Shown piece after piece: positions 59,585-64,000 of a DNA stretch of 64,000 nt. The stretch is from Candidatus Omnitrophota bacterium (GTDB lineage: Bacteria; Omnitrophota; Gorgyraeia; B26-G9): positions 1,733 to 65,732 of the forward strand of contig JAHITY010000061.1 of the NCBI GenBank assembly GCA_018817165.1, read 5' to 3'. The notes under the pieces are model-generated. The model searched no databases and had not been told where the DNA came from. It saw only the letters and a program-made list of their open reading frames with translations. The position numbers and the translations under genes were made by a program. Numbering within the stretch: position 1 is the stretch's first letter; each line of letters opens with the position of its first letter.

Positions 59585-59959
59585 TTACTTACCCTTTACG
59601 TTATAAATGTGATCATTTAATAATTTTTTATTAGCAACATGTCTTTCAATAATTTCAATCGCGCTTTTTTTATCAACATTACCATATATAACCTGCGGCA
59701 CGCCATCAATACAAACCTCAACTAATGGCTCAGCATAACATTTGCCGGCACAGCCGCATTGACCAACCGTAACAGCTAAATTGCGTTTCTTTACTTCCTG
59801 TTTTATAGTTTCTAATACAATATCCGCGCCCGCGGCAATCCCGCAAGTACTCATTCCAACTTTAATCCAGTTGTTTCTTGGCTTTGCATGCTCCTGCTTG
59901 ATTTTGTTTAAAGTTTCCCTTGTCAGCTTACTCATTATTCTTGCTCCCTTCTTTAACAT
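59585..59959 (-). CDS. small thioredoxin-like [2Fe-2S] ferredoxin (HndB-like)
   Basis: TCGIAAG...GQCGCAGKC. A real start at MSKLTRE (59935) is possible. Confidence 0.6.
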   Translation of the reverse strand: MLKKGARIMSKLTRETLNKIKQEHAKPRNNWIKVGMSTCGIAAGADIVLETIKQEVKKRNLAVTVGQCGCAGKCYAEPLVEVCIDGVPQVIYGNVDKKSAIEIIERHVANKKLLNDHIYNVKGK

Positions 59960-60806
59960 AAAGTGACAGAATGTCCATTACTTCTTTGGTCTTAACCTTT
60001 CCATACACTTTACTTCCAATTGTAATTACCGGAGCTAAACCGCAGCATCCTAAACATCTAACAACCTGAAGATGAAATAATTTATCCGGCGTTGTCTGCT
60101 CTTCTTCAACATGTAATATCCTTTTAAGCTCTGATAATATTTTAGGAGCGCCTTTTAAATAACAAGCAGTACCCATGCATACAGAAATTGTATTTTTTCC
60201 CGGAGCCTCAAGTTTAAAATAATTATAAAAAGTTAAAACTTCATAAATACTCGCCATGGGAACTCCCAAAATCCTCGACAATTCAAATGATACATTGCGC
60301 GGAACATAACCATAATGATTCTGAATCTCATGCAAGATCATAACCAGATTGCCTTTTTTACCCTTCCACTTATCCGCTAATATTTCTAATTCATTCACTG
60401 TTTTTAGATGATCTTGAGAATTAAGCTTAATGCATTTTCCTACTATTTTAAGCAATGATTCTGGTTTTACCGGTTTTTCCAGCACAGTTATTACTGGTAA
60501 AGATTTATCATTCGCCCGCAGCTCAAAAGGAAAATTCATTTCCTTATGCGCTCCAGTAATCATTATAATCGGAATTTCACGGCTTGCAGCATCAGCCGCG
60601 ATTGCCTTGGCAATATCCGCACCTTCGGTTTTATAGCTCATCATCATATCCAGCAATATCAGATCCGGGGAATCCTGCTTTACCTTAGAAAACCCCTCTT
60701 GCCCGCTAGCCGCAGTAGTTACCTTATATCCGTTTGCTTCCAATAAAAGCTGTGTGGCTTCGCTAAAATCCTGATCATCATCAACAATAAGTATCCTCGC
60801 ACCCAT
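59928..60806 (-). CDS. fusion: N-terminal response-regulator receiver domain + C-terminal NuoE-like [2Fe-2S] subunit (HndA/HydC)
   Basis: Residues 1-125 form a receiver (ILIVDDD, DLILLDMMM, KTEG). The C-terminal half has the NuoE Cys pattern CMGTACYLKGA...RCLGCCGLAPV. Confidence 0.7.
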   Translation of the reverse strand: MGARILIVDDDQDFSEATQLLLEANGYKVTTAASGQEGFSKVKQDSPDLILLDMMMSYKTEGADIAKAIAADAASREIPIIMITGAHKEMNFPFELRANDKSLPVITVLEKPVKPESLLKIVGKCIKLNSQDHLKTVNELEILADKWKGKKGNLVMILHEIQNHYGYVPRNVSFELSRILGVPMASIYEVLTFYNYFKLEAPGKNTISVCMGTACYLKGAPKILSELKRILHVEEEQTTPDKLFHLQVVRCLGCCGLAPVITIGSKVYGKVKTKEVMDILSLYVKEGSKNNE

Positions 60807-60829
60807 ATTTATTCCTTTCTTACTTTTCT

Positions 60830-62680
60830 TTAAACATTCTGCTCTTCTATTTTTATCGTAAACTTAAACGAATTTCCCGCATTTTTCGGCTCAACCCAAA
60901 TTTCACCGCCATGCTGCTCAATTATTTTTTGAGTAATAAACAAGCCAATACCAGTACCTTTGACTTTTTCCATACCCGCATAAATCAAGCGCGAGAACTT
61001 TTTAAATAATTTATCAGTATCAATGCTGGCAATCGGCCTGCCATCATTGTAAACTTCCACTTCTAAAATGCTGTTTTTGACTTTAGTCGTAATTCTGATT
61101 ATCCCGCCTTCTGCTCCGTATTTAATCGCGTTTGACAGTAGATTATTGACGACAATCTGAATCAGCCCAATATCCAGGTTAATCACAATATCCGGATCGC
61201 CCTGAAGCTCAATTGTCATATTTTTTTCTTGAGCCAGCTGAAGAAAAGATTCTATGGCAACATCAAATATCTGCTCTTTTAAATTTGCCATTGTCTTTTT
61301 CAACATTATCTCATCTTTTTCGATCCGGCTTAAGTTAAGAAAATTTTTCACTGTGGCGGAAAGATAATCCAGATTACGAGACATCGAAACCAAAGTTTTT
61401 TTCTGCGCTTCATTCATTGGCCCGAGAAACCCTTTTCTTAAATTATAAGCATTTAAAACAATCGAAGATAAAATGCCTTTAAGCTCATGAGAAACAAAGC
61501 CGACCAAATCCAAATAATTCCGATTTAATACCTCCAATTTATTATTAGAAACAATCAGACTTTTTTCCCGCTGATCCAGCTTGCTGGACATGCTATTAAA
61601 CGCGTCGGCTAATTCTCTTAATTCCTTTAAAGGGCTATTTGTTTGTACTCTATGCTGCAAATCGCCGCTGGCAATTTTGCTGGTCGCGCTTAAAATCATC
61701 GTCATCGGCTTGGTAATTGCCGCGGTTAAAATCAAAGCCAAAATAGCGGCTAAAACCCCGGCAGCACAGATAATTGTAAAAAACGCGAAGACTATTGCCC
61801 GTTCCGTATCGACAAACGGTTTTTCCAGCACCCCAACATACAGCATTCCGATAATATTATTCTCAATATCGACAATCGGTTCATATGCTGTCAAATACCA
61901 GGCATTGACCACAAAAGCTCTATCCACCCAAGTCCCGCGTTTTTTCACAACCTCATTATAAACAACTTCCGATATCCGTGTGCCGATTGCTCTTTGTTTT
62001 TTATCAGTTAAAACATTGGTGGCAATTCGCACATCATCCTGAAAAATAGTTACTGTTCCGACCGGATTGCCTTCATAAATTTTGTTTTGGAAAACCAGAT
62101 TACGGATATTATCAACCAAAGAAAAATCCCGGTTAATTATTTTCCCGCCATAAATAATCTTGCTTACTCTATTCGATTTATCAAAAATCGGCATAGCATA
62201 TTCAATCGCCATGGCCTGCTCAAGGATTTTTTTGTCTGTAGGAATTGCTTTGGGCGTAGCTAATATAGCTATCTTAACCTTTGCCGCTAAATCCTGATCA
62301 ATTTTGATTAACTCTTGTTTGTCAATAATTCTTGTTCCGCCAATCGCCTTGCCTTCAAAAGCGCTCAAAGCAATCTGACTGACAACCTGTTGTTTTTGAT
62401 CAATTGAAATCTGATACATATAATCCAAGCCGGTCTTCCGCTTAAATTCAATTAAATCAGAATTATCACAAGTAAGCTCAAATGCCTGCCGAATAGAATC
62501 TATTTGATTATTATAAACCGAACGCGCAGTTTGTAAATTACTCTTAACTTCCTGCTGCGCTTTTTCTAAAATATCCTTTTTAAGAATATCGGCGCCCAAC
62601 ATAGCGATAGAAACACCCAAAACAATAATCAGGCTGAAAAAAGATAAAAATATTCTTGGTTTAAGTGAATTTAGTTTCAT
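60830..62680 (-). CDS. sensor histidine kinase with large periplasmic (Cache-like) domain
   Basis: TM helix, a ~260-aa periplasmic domain, a second TM helix, HAMP, the HisKA motif SHELKGIL, and an HATPase with N and G boxes. Confidence 0.8.
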   Translation of the reverse strand: MKLNSLKPRIFLSFFSLIIVLGVSIAMLGADILKKDILEKAQQEVKSNLQTARSVYNNQIDSIRQAFELTCDNSDLIEFKRKTGLDYMYQISIDQKQQVVSQIALSAFEGKAIGGTRIIDKQELIKIDQDLAAKVKIAILATPKAIPTDKKILEQAMAIEYAMPIFDKSNRVSKIIYGGKIINRDFSLVDNIRNLVFQNKIYEGNPVGTVTIFQDDVRIATNVLTDKKQRAIGTRISEVVYNEVVKKRGTWVDRAFVVNAWYLTAYEPIVDIENNIIGMLYVGVLEKPFVDTERAIVFAFFTIICAAGVLAAILALILTAAITKPMTMILSATSKIASGDLQHRVQTNSPLKELRELADAFNSMSSKLDQREKSLIVSNNKLEVLNRNYLDLVGFVSHELKGILSSIVLNAYNLRKGFLGPMNEAQKKTLVSMSRNLDYLSATVKNFLNLSRIEKDEIMLKKTMANLKEQIFDVAIESFLQLAQEKNMTIELQGDPDIVINLDIGLIQIVVNNLLSNAIKYGAEGGIIRITTKVKNSILEVEVYNDGRPIASIDTDKLFKKFSRLIYAGMEKVKGTGIGLFITQKIIEQHGGEIWVEPKNAGNSFKFTIKIEEQNV

Positions 62681-62686
62681 TTATAT

Positions 62687-63331
62687 TTATGCTTCCTGCG
62701 CATCCTTTTCCAATGCTTTTTCCAATAAATTGCTAAAATAAATTACATTTTCCAGCTCCAGCACCAAATTAACATTATTCACTACACACTCTCTGGGAGC
62801 GCGTAATCTAATTGGCGCAAAATTCAAAATACCCTTTACTCCGGATAAAACCATTAAATCCAAAACCTGCTGTGCCGCTGATTCCGGAACAGCAATAATC
62901 CCAATGCGAATATCATTTTTTTGAATAAACTCAATCATATCATCAGCAGCTAAAACCGGAATATCAGCCCGGGGATTTACCTTTAACGGATCAGCTTCAA
63001 ACACCGCATCGATCCTAATCCCGTCTTTTTCAAACCCTTCGTATTTAGCCAAAGCCGCGCCAATATTACCCGCGCCCACAATAATCGCGTGCTGGATTAT
63101 GTTTTTACCGAGGATATTATTCAAATGCTCAATCAGCTCATCAATCTGATACCCGCCACGCTTATTTCCAGAAATACCGAAAATTGAAAAATCTTTTCTT
63201 ACCTGACAAGAATTTACCCCAATAGCATCAGCTAAATTGTCAGAAAAAATTCGGCCAAACCCCATTGTTTTTAATCTTCTCAAAGCATTTTTGTATCGAG
63301 AAAGCCGGATAATACTATTTTTATTCCTCAT
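62687..63331 (-). CDS. rex: redox-sensing transcriptional repressor Rex
   Basis: Winged-helix N-terminus, YQIDEL, and the Rossmann motif IVGAGNIGAALA. Confidence 0.85.
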   Translation of the reverse strand: MRNKNSIIRLSRYKNALRRLKTMGFGRIFSDNLADAIGVNSCQVRKDFSIFGISGNKRGGYQIDELIEHLNNILGKNIIQHAIIVGAGNIGAALAKYEGFEKDGIRIDAVFEADPLKVNPRADIPVLAADDMIEFIQKNDIRIGIIAVPESAAQQVLDLMVLSGVKGILNFAPIRLRAPRECVVNNVNLVLELENVIYFSNLLEKALEKDAQEA

Positions 63332-63344
63332 TGAATAAACCTTC

Positions 63345-63362
63345 TTGTGATTTTTTTCACAA
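63345..63362. promoter_or_regulatory. Rex operator TTGTGAtttttTCACAA (matches the TTGTGAA-N4-TTCACAA consensus)
   Basis: Perfect inverted half-sites. It lies 14 nt upstream of the rex start. Confidence 0.55.
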
Positions 63363-63407
63363 TAATTAAACTGATAAAAAAAAACATCTATTTGTTAAAA
63401 TAGATTT

Positions 63408-63425
63408 TTGTTACTTTTTTCACAA
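63408..63425. promoter_or_regulatory. second Rex-box-like site TTGTTACTTTTTTCACAA
   Basis: 63 bp from the first site. One half-site is degenerate. Confidence 0.35.
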
Positions 63426-63467
63426 TATAATATAAATGTACCATATATCTGCCTCTTGTCAAGGGGT

Positions 63468-63485
63468 TTTGTTATTTTTTCACAA
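63468..63485. promoter_or_regulatory. third Rex-box-like site TTTGTTATTTTTTCACAA
   Basis: A further 60-63 bp upstream. Degenerate. Confidence 0.3.
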
Positions 63486-63536
63486 AAACCTTAATTTGCA
63501 AATTTTGATTTAAATAAACAAATAATTTTACCCAAT

Positions 63537-63567
63537 CCTGTAGGGACAGGGCTTGCCCCTGTCCGTT
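63537..63567 (+). repeat. REP element (cctGTAGGG-acaggg-cttgc-ccctgtcc-GTT)
   Basis: GTAG head plus an 8-bp hairpin. Confidence 0.5.
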
Positions 63568-63597
63568 ATAGAATAATTCATAATATTATGTTTATCA

Positions 63598-63873
63598 TTA
63601 TAAAAAAATTATTGTACGAATTATATGGTCATAAAATGAACGTTGCCATTTAAATTTATTATTATTTATCTGATTGATTTGTTTTGTAACAGCGGATTTA
63701 AACGAACGGATAATTACAGATAAAGACCCAGCAAACAGTCCTTTATTATATCCTGTAGGGGCACAGCGTGCTGTGCCCGTATCATGTAAAATTATTATTC
63801 CATGGATATGATTCGGCATGATAACGTATTCGATTATTTCGACATTATCATATTGATTAGGGATATCAATCAA
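63598..63873 (-). pseudogene. degraded IS200/RAYT-like HUH tyrosine transposase (TnpA_REP)
   Basis: HUH motif IMPNHIHGII and the distal WQRSFYDHIIR. The N-terminal half is missing. A REP hairpin (63752-63781) is embedded in-frame (translated as TGTARCAPTG). Another inverted REP occupies the expected 5' end. Confidence 0.55.
63752..63781 (+). repeat. REP element (cctGTAGGGG-cacagc-gtg-ctgtgccc-GTA) inside the RAYT remnant
   Basis: Same head as 63537. Confidence 0.5.
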
Positions 63874-63913
63874 TTGATTATCAATTATTTGACCGATTAT
63901 TAATAATTCTATT

Positions 63914-63943
63914 CGGGATGGGGCAAGCCCATCCCCTACAGGT
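63914..63943 (-). repeat. REP element in inverted orientation (minus strand reads cctGTAGGGGatgggcttgccccatccc)
   Basis: Forms an inverted pair with 63752-63781 around the transposase remnant. Confidence 0.5.
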
Positions 63944-64000
63944 TATTGTATTATTTTACCAAATATGCATTCATGATCTATTGCACATATCGTTATAAAA

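Noticed and set aside
61581-61961. 126-aa plus-strand ORF
   Set aside because: Antisense to the sensor kinase TM/HAMP region.

Overview
This is a low-GC (about one third G+C) bacterial chromosomal segment. It is gene-dense and almost everything is encoded on the minus strand. Only a small ferredoxin, pyrE, kdsB and one small candidate ORF are on the plus strand. I cannot place the lineage from the sequence alone.

Content in coordinate order:
- 1-4972: heme and cytochrome-c maturation cluster (hemC partial, hemA, ccsA, sirC-like, FMN-binding protein, resB).
- 4997-7103: cheR, a ComFB-like protein and dprA.
- 7116-21288: housekeeping genes (aroK, mnmE, folC, purH, PflX-like radical SAM, CCA/PcnB-family enzyme, BFN nuclease, CheC-like, TPR, ccdA, rhomboid, nth, ferredoxin, DD-carboxypeptidase, pyrE, kdsB).
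- 21285-22721: divergent SecY-like protein with a C-terminal DUF2007-like extension.
- 23294-26286: csrA-fliW followed by a 750-aa membrane-anchored coiled-coil protein.
- 26789-28617: DUF362/ferredoxin plus a PNP-family phosphorylase.
- 28828-29260: tRNA operon Thr-Tyr-(structured 147-nt spacer)-Gly with a terminator.
- 29285-36727: nnr, acpS, pdxJ, glmM, cdaR, cdaA, folP and ftsH.
- 36898-40749: type IV minor-pilin cluster (PilV/PilW/PilX-like).
- 40846-41120: repeat-rich intergenic region.
- 41196-51285: Zn-ribbon plus radical SAM pair, DUF481, AsmA-like proteins, FAH, HAD, three PilZ proteins, cyclophilin, nitroreductase, TerB-like, def and an MFS transporter.
- 51400-51760: GC-rich cluster of REP-like hairpins.
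- 52555-52680 and 55881-56010: two copies of a ~125-bp palindromic dispersed repeat.
- 55439-63331: a Rex-headed operon. It encodes a sensor histidine kinase, a receiver domain fused to the NuoE-like subunit of an HndABCD-type electron-bifurcating [FeFe]-hydrogenase, hndB, hndC and hndD. A paralogous orphan receiver lies downstream.
- 63345-63485: three tandem Rex-box-like palindromes upstream of rex.
- 63537-63943: a degraded IS200/RAYT-like transposase surrounded by GTAG-headed REP hairpins.

No CRISPR array, rRNA or intact IS element was found.

All calls rest on motif recognition and ORF structure by eye. No database search was run.
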